Below are positions 13,146-27,162 of a stretch of DNA of 64,000 nucleotides, one piece after another. Made by a program: the position numbers and the translations under genes. The notes under the pieces are model-generated. The model saw nothing but the letters and a program-made list of their open reading frames with translations. It had not been told where the DNA came from and made no database searches. Position 1 is the first letter of the stretch. Each line of letters begins with the position of its first letter. The stretch spans positions 1 to 64,000 of the forward strand of contig JAQGDQ010001046.1 of NCBI GenBank assembly GCA_030141605.1. The letters run 5' to 3'. The stretch comes from Tubiluchus corallicola (lineage: Eukaryota; Animalia; Priapulida).

Positions 13146-14690
13146 CAATTTCTGCCATTATTTTAACTTTACATCGAGAATTTTGTAAAGTTTTTAAAAA
13201 TTCTGTGAAGGTTTCTTCATTTTATTAGAAATTATGCTTGTTGGCTGAGTTGCTGTCAGTTTGGCATCAAAAAAACTTGCTTGACTAGGTTGTTAAACTC
13301 AGCAAGCAGTACGTAGCTTATTTCACTTTAAAAATTTAATATTGACGCCAAATTTAGTATTGGCCATTCTCATAGCTCAGAATATGACTCTTTTATTTGA
13401 TCAGATGTTTAATAAATTATTTAACGTGTATTGGCGTGTTCAATTGTTATTATTTAATAAACTAGAACAACGGACGCTGCCAGTACAGTTAACGACCAAT
13501 TCGTGAAAGGTTTCCAATGTCCTACTTGTGTAGTCCATGTACGACGCGTCCTACTTGGGCTAACCCATGTACGCCAATTGTCCTACTTCGGCTAGTGCCC
13601 TACTCGCTCCCAACATAATTATTTCTATTTTTAACTAAGCTTGTTCAGACATTGAATTGTAGTGACCTACTAATTAAGAGACAAACTATTAGATGAATAT
13701 CTCCAATAAATTCATTTGCATTGTAAATTAAATTTAAAATTACAGGTTTCTAATTTAAACACTTTTAAGAACTTCTTTGAACAAAGAAAAACAAATAAGA
13801 ATATATGCTTCAGAAATCAAGAAGTGAAACTATTTACTTCTACCGTTTCTAACAAAATTCATCTTTGCCAATGTGAGATGAGAAACCTTCGACGGAACAC
13901 GTCGTCATCACTACGATGACGCATAGTCACAAGATTCGCGAGTCATAGATCAACGGTGAAATTCACTTTGATTCAAGTTCGCATGTCACAAATTCAAATA
14001 GAAGTGGTGCTGACAAACCACTGGCATAGCAGTGTCTAGCCTTTTTACTAGATAAAAAAATCTCCTTATCTATATTCCGTAAAGGATAGCAGAATAGGTG
14101 ATTTCATAGTCTTTTCACTATCCTTTCTCTAGTTCTAGATCTGTCTATACATTTTAACCATTCTTCAAAACTTATTAGAGATTCTTTTCTTAATCATGTT
14201 TTATTGTAGTATTGTAAAAAGATGAATAAGCTAAAATTGAATTGAATTGAATTGTGTTTATCTGTCTTGAAGGCGGATTATAAAAAGTGTCCACAACAAA
14301 CGTAATGGGCATAATATAGATGATGATGTCGCAAATTCAATTCGTTTCGAATTTGGTTTCTAGTTGAGAATTCCCTTGAGTACATCGAAATTAATAGAGG
14401 AATTTACGAAAATAAATTATACAACTTGTCTTTTTCCTGCAATGCAGGGTGCCTGACTTTCTTTGGCCATTGTTGTTATAAAATTCAGTGATATGACGAA
14501 TTTATTTTTTGAAACGAAATAACAAAATGTGTAAGCAGAAGCACAACAAAAAATATTGTCTGCACTCTGCAATATTACTGTATGATCTTTATTGTTTTAT
14601 TAAAATGGATTAGCAAAACGGTTATGACCATGCTTTCGGCTATGAACTATGAAAATATTAGTTATCATGTCGCTCAAGTTGCATGACATA

Positions 14691-15162
14691 CAGTCAACCT
14701 CGGGTATGAGATACTCGCTTATAAGAGACCACCAACACTGGACCCGATTTTTCGTAACACTTTTCCTATGTAAAAATTTTCGTATATAAGATACTCGAAT
14801 ATAAGGGACTTTCGGTTACAAGGGACAATACCTTCAGGTCCCGAGTAATAGAAACCCAGGTAAATTGCCTTGCATATAAGGGACCCTATAATCAAAGCGA
14901 AATTGATCGATTTTTAACCTCGATTTTTTGCAAACTCGGTGTTCGAACAGCTCGGTTTCCATGGTCACATACGCCTCGGGTCACTGAAGGAGCTTCCTAC
15001 ATACCGTTTGCAGTGAATGTGTAGCAATAATCCATAAAAATATGGGTAAAATACAGGTCTAGATACACCATCGGTCTGGCACAACTTCAGCTATAACGGA
15101 CATCGGGTATAAGGGACGGTTTTTTCCGGTCCCGAGGTGTCGCTTATATCCGAGGCTGACTG
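14691..15162. mobile_element. Tc1/mariner (pogo/Tigger-like) MITE
   Basis: TA|CAGTCAACCTCGGGTATGAG ... CTTATATCCGAGGCTGACTG|TA; imperfect TIRs and TA TSD. Confidence 0.85.
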
Positions 15163-15477
15163 TAATACGTATGTGAACACAGGAGGAACAAAGGAGACAC
15201 ACTTGGCACCATGCTCAAGTGTGGTTAGGGTACCAACACACCTTAATCCAGCTCTGAGGCAAATAAGTGTCATTGAAGTTGAAATGAATGAGAGAAAAAT
15301 TGGAAAGAGAAAATTTCACTGTTGACATGCAGTTAATTGTCAGTTGATCTCTGAAAATCGATACAACCATGGATTAAAATGGATTTTGCAAGGCAGCAAT
15401 ATTGCTTTTGGTAATAATTTCAATAACAAAATAAATTAAACAATATTAATTAAATAATGTAAATTAACTTTACAGCC

Positions 15478-15595
15478 CAATGATAGTGTGCTCTCGCTCC
15501 CCACCCGGGAGGTTGGGGGTTCAATCCCTAACTGAGTCATACTAAAGACACTTAAAAAACGGTACTGCTGCTTCTTCGACCAAGCAAGCGTGTTT
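15478..15595 (+). mobile_element. Degenerate tRNA-derived SINE fragment
   Basis: B-box-like GGTTCAATCCC followed by GTCATACTAAAGAC..AAAAACGGTACTGCTGCTTC; related reverse copy at about 29440-29530. Confidence 0.55.
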
Positions 15596-16153
15596 ATCAA
15601 AGTAACATGCAGGTGATAATATTCAGGAGCGCCTTGGAAATAAGTATTGAGTTATTTAAGGTGTTATTCCCAGACTACGTCCTAAACGAAAATTATAATT
15701 ATTCTGCAAGCTTTTGCTTAGTTTCCAGGGATGAGAATTTTCTATGTCTTCTTCTTCTATGTCTTCTTCCGCGGATACGCGGAATTCCCAGTTTTTGGAA
15801 AACCAGTAGTGCCATTTTTGTAAATTGCGTGAACTCGTTGAGAAAATTTTAACAGACCCAGTACATTATTTCATAAGGCGACCGCTAGATGGCAGGCCGT
15901 CATTTTGTTTACATCCAAGCACGACACGTGTGTAGCTGGCATATCGGCGTGTTTAGTGCTTTACTCAGCTTGTGTAAGTGGTTTAGAGTCAATTAGGCAG
16001 AGTTATTTGAGTCAATTGCCAACAGTTTTTATATGCTTTTACCATACCATACCATACATTTGGACAAAGCTCTTTGCCCATAACAATTACGAATTTATGG
16101 TTGTTTATATATCCGCCTTTATGTACAATTATTTGTTTTTACTAGTACTAGTA

Positions 16154-19100
16154 GGGTGGCTGAACGAAAATTGTAGAGCGCGCCACCATAGCTGCAAGCG
16201 TGCTCATTTGATAGAGCTATGAGCATATAGTTGATTAAAAAAAACCAGATTTAAAATAATTAGGTTGTTTTGAAATGGCGCTCAGTTAAATTTCAAAAAA
16301 ACGCTCGAGTTTTGGGAGTAAGAAAAAATGACTAAGTCCGGTTTGAACAAAAAGTTAAAAATTGTACTTTTAGCATTCTATTATTTATAACTAAAAATTC
16401 CAAATGCAGGTTTTAGTATGTTAGTGTTGTTAAATGGAGTGCATTGTACGAGAAATAATCATATCAAGTCATATGGCAACATAGTATTCGTTTTTCCAGC
16501 ATCCAAAATTCATCCAAATGATGTTTTACCTTAACAGGTGTGAAAATGGACCTTTTACGAAAGTGTGCTAACTTGTCAACTTTAGAGTGTTATAAAAGAT
16601 GCCAATTCAGCTGGTAATTAATTGTTAATATGACTTTTGGTAGCTCAGTGTACATAGAACAGATATTCATAAACACTTTGCACCTTCAGATTTATGCTAG
16701 GGAAAACTTTTACAGGAAAAACTGGGAAAACAGCATTTTCGTGAGTATTACCAAATTTACGATGTGAAAACTAGGCGTTTTAGAAAGTGGGATTTAGTTG
16801 GTTACACATAGCCATTGAAGTGATTTTTCTGTGTTTAGTGCCAAGTCCATGTTTTCCTCTTGTACAGGTAAAAATCTAGGATTTTTTTCAAAAATAATAC
16901 CTTAAATCTGTAATCTTTTATCATAGGGCATGTACTACCTTGATTACACCTGTTTTAATGCATTGATGACCTGCTTCCAGGCACATCTAATTGATATTTT
17001 TATCATTTTTGTTACTTCATGGTATAATATAAATGTTAACCGAATCATAATTAATGATGTGCGTTTTAGTACCCAAGACCGGTTATCAAGGGCTCCGCAA
17101 CACCTATTGCTGGAAATTCTTAATTAGTTTCACCTGACACAACTAATTGATAGCTGTTTTATTTTATAATTTTAAATGCCAATTGTTACCTTTTCTCAGA
17201 TACTCAGATACGTTTCTTAAGAAATGATAAAGCATGGAAAAGCTGGATACATAATAGGTCTGCAATTTCTCCAGGTGCATGTAATTCACACTTGTTTTCA
17301 TGTATTTTTTTTTCTTTTTTCGGGCATATCTAATTGATGTTTTGTATTTTTGTTATGTACGTATAATGAAATTTTTCTAGTGTGAAAGCTGCATAACAAG
17401 TTTGCAATTTCCAGGTGCATCTAATCGACAATGCATGTATTTTTTGGATGTAGTTATTTGTACTGTTAGCTCAGTGTAGCTTGGTAGGATTAACTGCCTG
17501 CAATGAAATGTCTTCTAACATTATCTGAGATACAAAATTGCCAAATACAGTTATTGCAATATGACTGTGTGCTGTAACTTGCAATATATGTAGAGCTTAC
17601 AATTCCCGTTTCTCAATTTCAAATGTGTACTAGATTTTAACTTGGCTAGAATATGTTCATTGTATATTACGTCCCATACAAATCGTACACTAGGGTTTTG
17701 CAGCAGATCTATTAGCAATTTATTTTTCTTGTATTTGCTCACTACTTTTTTGCTCTGCTATTAGTCAAGTTCATTCTTCAATTTTTTTGTTTTTTTATTT
17801 TACTGCTAGGTAAAGTCAAAAATGACAAAAGTTAAAAAATAACTAAAACTTTACTTGTAATAATGTAAAGTAAATTTATTATAAATAATGATGTTAACTA
17901 CACAAAATATTCATATCTGATTTCTTTTTATAGTACATTATACAATTTTTGTACCACTTTCTTAATATGAAGGTTTTAATGAATTAATGATAGACTACGC
18001 CTAGTTATCAAACTTGGGTAAAAATGGAAAACGAAAAGTAAAATTATTGCAAGTAAACCTGATATGGGTTTTTTGGATACAAGCACAACATCAAACTACA
18101 AGAAGTCTATGATGCACCCACTCCTGCTGAGTATATCTTCATGGTTGATTGCTGAGTTTTTAGGACAAATAAGATTGAAGAAACGAAGACTTAATTAAAA
18201 TGAATAGTGGTTCACATATTGGGTTGGTAAAATATATGACTATAAATTTATCATAGTAAAGTATAAAAGTATTTTACTAAAATTTGAATTTTCTGTACAA
18301 GAGATGCTAATGATTTAAGCTTACTTTTAACAACAAGCATTTACAAGCTAATTTACAAAAGTTTACATGTTTGAAACTTTGATTTTTAAAATAGTATGTT
18401 AGATCTCAGAAATGTCAATGGGTTTATTAATTATCTGATCTTGAACTCCAAATTCAAATGTTGATCTTTTAGCGGTTGTATAACGCAAAATGAAGATGAC
18501 ACTATAATAACTTTACTGGTCTGCAGGGTTCCACTAGGCTAGGTAAGATTTGCAAAAGCCTAGAAAAACAAGTTTTCAATATTTAAGTTTCTCATAATTA
18601 TTCTTTAACATCATAATAAACATCAAAATTAATAGTTTTGTTTATCATAGTTTTGTTGACTGGAAAACCTTTAGCTAAAACTAAAGTTTAGTCAGAATGG
18701 TTAATGAGAATATGAAGGAATTAAATTCTTGGCAAATAAATACCTTAGTACTTTAACCTGCTTTCATTATAATGTGACTAACATAACGCAAAAACGGCTA
18801 AAATATTGGCTGCGCATAATAATTTTGGGAGTGTGAGGTGATTCTGCTTGGATATACACAGTACATTTTAGAGCATCTAATGAATTTATTAGCAATTATC
18901 TTTAAGGCATAATTTTGTACTGGTAGGCAATGTGCAAACAATAGAATTCAACATAGTAGCAAAATGTTGATTAAAACAAATAATAACATAAAAAACTAAA
19001 TTGTGTATTTAAAATTGTTTTAGACAAAGCAATTGTTTTAGAAGTTACAGTTAATGCTTTCAGAAGTAATTTCAGCTTGAGTAATAAGCAAAACTTTACC

Positions 19101-19680
19101 TGCATAGCTAGGCCCACACAAAGTACTCTTAAATTTAAAATAGCATTTGAACCATTGTTACAGCGATAAAGTTAAGATTAGGCTTGGAAGAATAGTTTGA
19201 GATGCGAGCCAATAAGATTTTCATTTTTCGAGGACTGAATAATGGCGTATATTTTCAAAATACGCTATTTTGACGACTAAAATGTTGGAGTTTAATTGTG
19301 GCTCGGGTCTTAAAATAATCAGCGGGGTTTTTTTTACTCAGGTAAGCTTGAAATTTTAGGTTTTTAAGTTGTTAGTCCGGGCCGCAAATTGATTTGAAAA
19401 TACCCATCGTAGTTTTTAAATCGGGGCCATTTTTGATGTCACGCTGACGGATCGATTGCAGTAAAGCCGTTTTTGACAACTTCACATGTTTCCTGCTCAA
19501 AACTTAGAACAGTACAGAAAATTAAATTTCGGCAGATAAAAGACCGATAACAGTAGTTTAACTGTATTAAGTTGATTTTTAATTTACTGTCATATTGTTT
19601 GAAAACTGATAACCAAAATATGCTAGAAAATGATGTTCTACCTTCATCTCCCACAATATGGCGGCGCGCGTCAGCCACCC
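16154..19680. mobile_element. Putative 3.5-kb non-autonomous DNA transposon (short TIR GGGTGGCTGA)
   Basis: TACTAGTA|GGGTGGCTGA ... TCAGCCACCC|TACTAGTA; no intact ORF inside. Confidence 0.6.
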
Positions 19681-21078
19681 TACTAGTAGCAATGTAACCT
19701 AGTAGCTATGAGCTCGTTGTTATATATACTTGCATAGCCCTTATATAAAAGCTAGCTGCACAACTGCTTGTGGTGTGATACCTCGTGCTTGTGTGATGAC
19801 CCTGATCCTGTATTTCCTATAGGGGAATCAAAGAGGGGCATGCTGCGTTAGTTTTACATCTCATAACAGAAGGGAGCTACTATGATAGTCACTAAATGTA
19901 TGGATGCAGATCGGCCTAAGGCTGATGTTAAGAATACGGGGGACTATGGCCTATTTGCACTCTATACACTCATGGATCTGAAGAAAAAGAAAGATCACAT
20001 GGCAGACATTAAAATAATTAATCAAGCAATTTAATCATTAACAAATTCCAAAGTGATTCGATTTAAGCAAAAGTTCAGTAATAACAAAGATATAGCAATA
20101 TTGACAAAGTTTGGGGTTAGTAGGGTGTATACACATTTGCATGAAGTTCATGGCTGCCCACTATGTACCTAGGTTTTTTTGGAACACTTTTCCTTTAAAG
20201 CGAACAGTTTGTAGAACGGTAGCAATACGTCGTAATATAACCTCTGCGTTTGAATACAGTTGTGATTTCAAACTTCGTCAGAGAAACTACCAATTAGTCT
20301 TTACCCAGCAAGTAGCATCGAAGAACATTAGGCTAGTATACGTGATGTTTACGTTATCAGTGCGACGTTAGTTACGATCGTAACAAAAGCGAAAAGTGCC
20401 TGTTACCACCCTGGATGTGGTTCTGTAGTAGGTCGATCCATTTGTCAGTCAGTGGGTAACTCCACTACTGCAGACTGCAGGCCAGCATCTCTGGAACAAC
20501 TCTGTTTGACGACTACAGCTTACAACAACTAGGCTCTCACAGTATCACCATGTACAGCATATCTTGTGTGAAACTTTCTAGTACGGCATTTCTCTTCAAA
20601 AACATATAACTTCACAGAGACGAGTAAACGACCTGTCTCGTTCTGTGTCAAGTTGCCGACCTCCTCGAAACAGTGTTGAACGAAGTTCATCGAGAAGCCA
20701 CTCGCTTAAAACAGCTACAATTTTATTCACCTGTGCACTATCGTTAACCTTGACTTAGCCACTGCATTACAGCCGCGATAGGGCAGACAAGAGTGGGTCA
20801 GACGGAATTCAAAAGGGGGTTTGTTAATAGATGCCTACATCCTGACAAATAATACAATTAACTATCACTGCCAGTAGTTAAATATCATACATATCAATTA
20901 ATTAAACATGCAGTGTGAATAGGGCTTAATGTTGCATAAGCATAATGTGGGAACTATTAAATGTAGGTTATTGGTTATTAGTTCTTTATTTGCTTTTTTA
21001 TGGGGATAAACAACTATGCAACCTCTAGGCTGACGTTTTCGTGTATGCGTTTCTCTGCACTGGAATAAAAAATAACCT

Positions 21079-22125
21079 AAGTAACTGTTTGTAGTGTGTT
21101 AGAGTTTGTAGTGCATTTTTTGACCAAGGAAGGATACATAACAGTGCAATGTCTTTGGTATGTGTATGTAATTTTGTAAATACTGGGTTCGGTTTGTGTT
21201 TGTGAATTGATGAAGTAACTGTTTGTAGTGTGTTAGAGTTTGTAGTGTGTTTTTTGACCAAGGAAGGATACATAACAGTGCAATGTCTTTGGTATGTGTA
21301 TGTAATTTTGTAAATACTGGGTTCGGTTTGTGTTTGTGAATTGATGAAGTAACTGTTTGTAGTGTGTTAGAGTTTGTAGTGTGTTTTTTGACCAAGGAAG
21401 GATACATAACAGTGCAATGTCTTTGGCATGTGTATGTAATTTTGTAAATACTGGGTTCGGTTTGTGTTTGTGAATTGATGAAGTAACTGTTTGTAGTGTG
21501 TTAGAGTTTGTAGTGTGTTTTTTGAATAAGGAAGGATACATAACAGTGCAATGTCTTTGGCATGTGTATGTAATTTTGTAAATACTGGGTTCGGTTTGTG
21601 TTTGTGAATTGATGAAGTAACTGTTTGTAGTGTGTTAGAGTTTGTAGTGTGTTTTTGAATTAGGAAGGATACATAACAGTGCAATGTCTTTAGTATGTGT
21701 ATGTAATTTTGTGAATAGTGGGTTCGGTTTGTGTTTGTGAATTTATGAAGTAACTGTTTGTAGTGTGTTTTTGAATTAGGAAGGATACATAACAGTGCAA
21801 TGTCTTTGAAATGTGTATGTAATTTTGTAAATAGTGGGTTCGGTTTGTGTTTGTGAATTTATGAAGTAACTGTTTGTAGTGTGTTAGAGTTTGTAGTGTG
21901 TTTTTTGAACAAGGAAGGATACATAACAGTGCAATGTCTTTGAAGTGTGTATGTAATTTTGTGAATAGTGGGTTCGGTTTGTGTTTGTGAATTGATGAAC
22001 TAACTGTTTGTAGTGTGTTAGAGTTTGTAGTGTGTCTTTTGAACAAGGAAGGATACATAACAGTGCAATGTCTTTAGTATGTGTATGTAATTTTGTAAAT
22101 AGTGGGTTCGGTTTGTATTTGTCAA
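21079..22125. repeat. 134-bp tandem repeat, about 8 units
   Basis: Directly visible; source of the repetitive minus-strand ORFs at 21025-22058. Confidence 0.95.
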
Positions 22126-22533
22126 TTGTGCGGAGTTATTTGAGTCGATTGCAGACAGTTTTTATATACTTTTGCATAGGAGCGGCCAGTACTTAGGCAT
22201 TTTTGAGACAATTAGGTATCATGTATCCTTGATAGTTGGGTATTTTAAATTATGCATGAAACAAGGTAATTGATATTTTAAGTCCATTTAGAGCTTCTCT
22301 ATGGTCACAAAATTGCTATTTGTTGCTTCGTCCCCTTGAACCCCCATGAGGTAGCCCGCCACCCCCCGGCCTGTTTCAGAGTTTGTTGCAATTTGTCATT
22401 TTCATCCCTGTGTACAGTAGGCGTGTACAGTGAGATTAAAATTATGTTTTTTGGTGAATCTATGTGCACTGCTGTTTTACCAGTTGGCTCCAACATTTTA
22501 AATTATTAGGAATTTTCTTTTCCAGTTACTTAA

Positions 22534-22856
22534 AGCACAAGAAAACCCTCCACTTACATAAAGCTTAAAAAATTCCTCTCGAAATTTTCTACCACTTACA
22601 TGCTGCCTTTTCGTATGCGTAGCTTGCATCGGCAGTAACGCTGTTTAAAACGTGTAAATTTAAACTCCTGCGATGATCGTTAGGTGAGGCCATTTTATTG
22701 GTTGGTCATTTGAAACAAGTTTTAATAACATTAAATAATTTAAAGTTTGAAAAAATAATCGGAGCATTTGTGGCATAAACGTTGCTAACTAAGTAAAATT
22801 TTAAATTACTGTATCTTGTCAATAAGATTAAAAATACGTTTTTGGCTAGTGAGTGC
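22534..22856 (+). mobile_element. Left arm of a Kolobok-like (TTAA) MITE, truncated where the zinc-finger array begins
   Basis: Aligns with 54468-54764; starts TTAA|AGCACAAGAAAA; related reverse fragments at about 9040-9390. Confidence 0.7.
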
Positions 22857-22858
22857 CT

Positions 22859-24018
22859 CCTTATGTGACAAATCATTTTCTCAGCGAGGTGATCTTCGCA
22901 AGCACATGAACACTCACACTGGATTGAAACCCCACAGATGTGACTTGTGTGACAAATCATTTTCTCAGCGAGGTAATCTTCTCAGTCATATGAACACTCA
23001 TACTGCAATGAAACCTCACAAATGTGACTTGTGTGACAAATCATTTTCTGTGCGAGGTAGTCTTCTCAGGCACATGAACACTCATAGTGGAATGAAACCC
23101 CACAAATGTGACTTATGTGACAAATCATTTTCTGAGCGATGTAATCTTCTCAGTCACATGAACACTCATACTGGATTGAAACCCCACAAATGTGACTTGT
23201 GTGACAAATCATTTTCTGAGCGATGTAATCTTCTCAGCCACATGAACACTCATACTGGAATGAAACCCTACAAATGTGACTTGTGTGACAAATCATTTGC
23301 TCAGCGAGGTAGTCTTCTCAAGCACATGAACACTCATACTGGAATGAAACCCCACAAATGTGACTTATGTGAGAAATCATTTTCTGCGCGAGGTAATCTT
23401 CTCAAGCACATGAACACTCATACTGGAACGAAACCCCACAAATGTGACTTATGTGACAAATCATTTTCTGAGCGAAGTAATCTTCTCAAGCACATGAACA
23501 CTCATACTGGATTGAAACCCCACAAATGTGACTTATGTGAAAAATCATTTTCTCAGCGAGGTGATCTTCGCAAGCACATGAACACTCATACTGGAATGAA
23601 ACCCCACAAATGTGACTTATGTGAGAAATCATTTTCTCAGCGAGGTGATCTTCGCAAGCACATGAACACTCATACTGGATTGAAACCCCACAAATGTGAC
23701 TTATGTGACAAATCATTTTCTCAGCGAGGTAATCTTCTCACGCACATGAACACTCATACTGGAATGAAACCCCACAAATGTGACTTATGTGACAAATCAT
23801 TTTCTGCGCGAGGTAATCTTCTCAAGCACATGAACACTCATACTGGAATGAAACCCCACAAATGTGACTTATGTGACAAATCATTTTCTCGCCGTCATCA
23901 TCTTCTCAGTCACCTGAACACTCATACTGGATTGAAACCCCACAAATGTGACTTATGTGACAAATCATTTTCTCACCGAGGTAGTCTTCTCATGCACATG
24001 AACACTCATACTACGTAG
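22859..24018 (+). CDS. Tandem C2H2 zinc-finger array (13 complete fingers plus one 5'-truncated finger); terminal exon or gene fragment, no true start
   Basis: CDLCDKSFSxRxxLxxHMNTHTGxKP repeated at an 84-nt period; the ORF-track 5' end (22816) is transposon sequence; orphan degenerate finger at about 24076-24150. Confidence 0.8.
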
Positions 24019-25124
24019 AAATGAGTCAACATAAACATTACAACATGTTACAGGTGCCACAGCGTAATAATACCTGAATGAAACCCGACAAATGTGACTT
24101 GTGTGACAAATCATTTTCTCAGCGAGGTGATCTTCTCAGGCACAGGAACACAGAATTTGATTCACAACTAATGCGCTTTGGGTATTGCACCATTCTTTAT
24201 GCTGCTACATGTGGCACTGTTGGATTTAATTGATAATTTCGACAAATCGCAGATATTTAACTTTCTTCACTGTTAACTTTTTATGCTATCAAATCACGTT
24301 TGGTATTTTTGATTTATTTTTTGTAAAATCTTTTTTTCTTTTTTGATTGTTTTTTTTTTGTTTTTCTTCATATATGTTCTTGCAATCATATTATGCAATC
24401 ATGTTATTGTGATAAGTCATTTGAGTTATATGTATATGATATATATCTTGTATCTTCTGAACCGCTGAAGTAGTATCTTATATTTGTTTCATACGATCAC
24501 GTCTTTTTATCACTGTTCATTTCACCCATCAAAGCAACAACGGCATGATATTCCGTTTAAATGTTTATTGAGAAATGCCACAAAGTTTAAAAAAACCCAA
24601 ACTGACTGATGATTTGATAAGCTTTTTTCACTGGTCTAAATTGTAATTTATCCACCTCTTTTTTCTTGACAATTATAGCGTACGAAATTCATTTATGTAT
24701 ATTATCAAATTTGTACAAACAGTTTCAATAGAAAACATCTCGATAAAATTTGTTTTTTAGTTGCAACTTCTCGTTTGTAATAATAATCGCAGTAATAATA
24801 GTCAACATTTTTTATTGTCAAAGCATTATGACTATACATCTCACAATTGACAAGAGCTTTATACAAAAATGCAAGACTTGTTTTGGAATTTTACTGTCGA
24901 CGTCACAATACCTTGCGTAATTGAGGACTGTTTATATATAAATGCGTATAATTATTTTTGACCCAACATGTGTCTAGCAAACTAAATTCTGATAATTTTA
25001 GACTGCTGTGATATCTAATATTTAGTTTACATAGATAAAAAACCTGCATGAAGCTGTTGGTATCCTTATAAACAATATACTAAACAATATGATGTAAAAT
25101 ACCTGCAGAATTAATTTGTCACTA

Positions 25125-25580
25125 TCAAATGCCCCACAAAAAATTTGCGTATAAATACACTCAATCAAAAATACGCAAACATCCTACCTAGTGTGTGTTT
25201 ACTTACCTAACGCAAAGCAGCAGTAGCAGCAGCTTTTACTGAATTAAAGTTATAAGCAGAGTATAATGGATGACGTCACAACAATGGCTTTGCGTCAACA
25301 GTTTTCCAAGCGAAAATTGCAAAAAATAGAACATCTAATTAACTCATCGGTACTCCTCTTGGTAGGCGTGTCCTAAAATGCAGTCTATATCATCTTGTAG
25401 CCCTGTTCTTCCTCTTTCTAAAGAGCCATATATCTCCTTTCGAAAGTCCCACCAGGCGCCGCTAGAGCGTTTTTTTCGCAGGCTGCTTGGCCAAAATTTC
25501 GAAAAAATCGCGAGTTACGGAAAACGCCCGTTACGAGACGCCGTGGCCCTCTCGCAAATTCTAAATATGCCCACTAAATC
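25125..25580 (+). mobile_element. Truncated copy of the interspersed repeat that bounds the LRR cassettes (possibly Helentron/HINE-like)
   Basis: Aligns with 47645-48065 and with the reverse complement of 53140-53585. Confidence 0.7.
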
Positions 25581-27162
25581 TAATCTAATCTCAAAATTTA
25601 ATCTAATGTGATAAAAATAAATATTATACATGTGTCAGTATAATTCATGTATAGTGCATTTCGTTGTTTCTTGTCAGCCGTTAATCTTGAGTACAGCAGA
25701 TCTGCTTCTTGGAATTTTCAGTATGCAAAACACGCTGTTGTCATGTTAAGTTTATTACATATAAGCTATTTTTTGTGCCATTGTGATTGTAGAATCAATT
25801 CGTTATCTAGCAAAATCTTTTAAACTGCTCCACGTGTGAATGACTCAACAGGACGGGTTAAAAACATTGCTGAAATTACATTTATCTGAATAAGCATATT
25901 CAGAAATTCCAGTTGCTTAGTGGAATCATGGAGTTCGATAAAATTGCTGTATTCCCCGATAATTTGATGGTACATACACAAAACATAAACAGTGTGTCAT
26001 AAGTAAAAGCACTAGTCCTGCGTCTTGTCGCTGTGGTTACGACAGTCTGATTGTATTCCAATTGCAGTTAAAGCTCATTTTTATTTCACTTTGTTAATTG
26101 CCATGTAACTAACTGTAAATCTTTGTTTTTTTAAATATTAGACTGGAATAATTTGATAATACTAGTGCAGGTAATAATAATAATAACGATAATAATAACA
26201 ACAACAACAACAACAACAATAATAATAATATAATAATAATAATAATAATAATAATAACGTTAAAGTAGTAGCACTCTAATAATTTTGTTGGTTTAATGCA
26301 TGCATTGTGTATTTACTTTATCTAGATTGTAGGATATACGTTGTGGTCGTGCGTTGGAATATAATGACAAATTTGCACATGAGATGACGCCACAAGCGGC
26401 ACGGCAAAATGAATGAGCACTAAAACACAGAATCTGCCAAATAGTACACACTTTCTTTTTATTAATTCATTGCTTGTTTCTGTGCTGTGGTGCAGAATGA
26501 TAGATTAAATTAATTATATTCTGGAGACTCGAAAATGAAGATATTGCGGTAAAATGCCTAATCTTTGTTCGTTTTCGTTGACACCAACTTTTAAAAACGT
26601 ATAATGCGAGGTATATTTTAAATTTTTATTTTCTTTACATCAGTGTGTAGGTAAACGACGCATCTTTTTATTGGAGGACTGGTTTCAGCGATATTTTTGA
26701 TTTGGGCAATCAGGGAACCCGTTAAAAAAGAACCGCCTAAACTGCAAAATACCTGCGAGGGCCAACCAAACACTTGCACCATCAAACAATTGCTGTGACT
26801 GTGAGGCAATGAGAAGGGTTCCCAGTTCAACTCTAGGTCCCTATAACTTAGTAGAGTATCTATGTCTTTATAAAAAAAGGCCTATGACAAAACGTTTTGT
26901 GACGCCAGATTCTAGTGATTAAATTTTCATTATTTATCTAATAACACCATTACTTACACAGGATGTTTGACCTTGGTAACCTTTATTTTAGTTCTTTGCA
27001 ACCTTTTTGCCAGTCAGCTTAAAACTATGTCTTGAATACAGTAATCATTATAATCATATTATTGTTTTATGCACTGTATTAAAGTACAAAAAAGTGCTAA
27101 TGGAAGGTACTTACTTCTTTACTTACCGTCGCAGTTGAACAAAGTCATGGGATAAGCTAGGG

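Noticed and set aside
12066-13148. 360-aa Cys/His-containing repeat ORF
   Set aside because: Open only because the 69-bp unit is a multiple of 3 and lacks stops; TTG start; no unique domain
22816-24018. Calling the zinc-finger array PRDM9
   Set aside because: No PR/SET, SSXRD or KRAB-like exon found; the 5' end is transposon-derived
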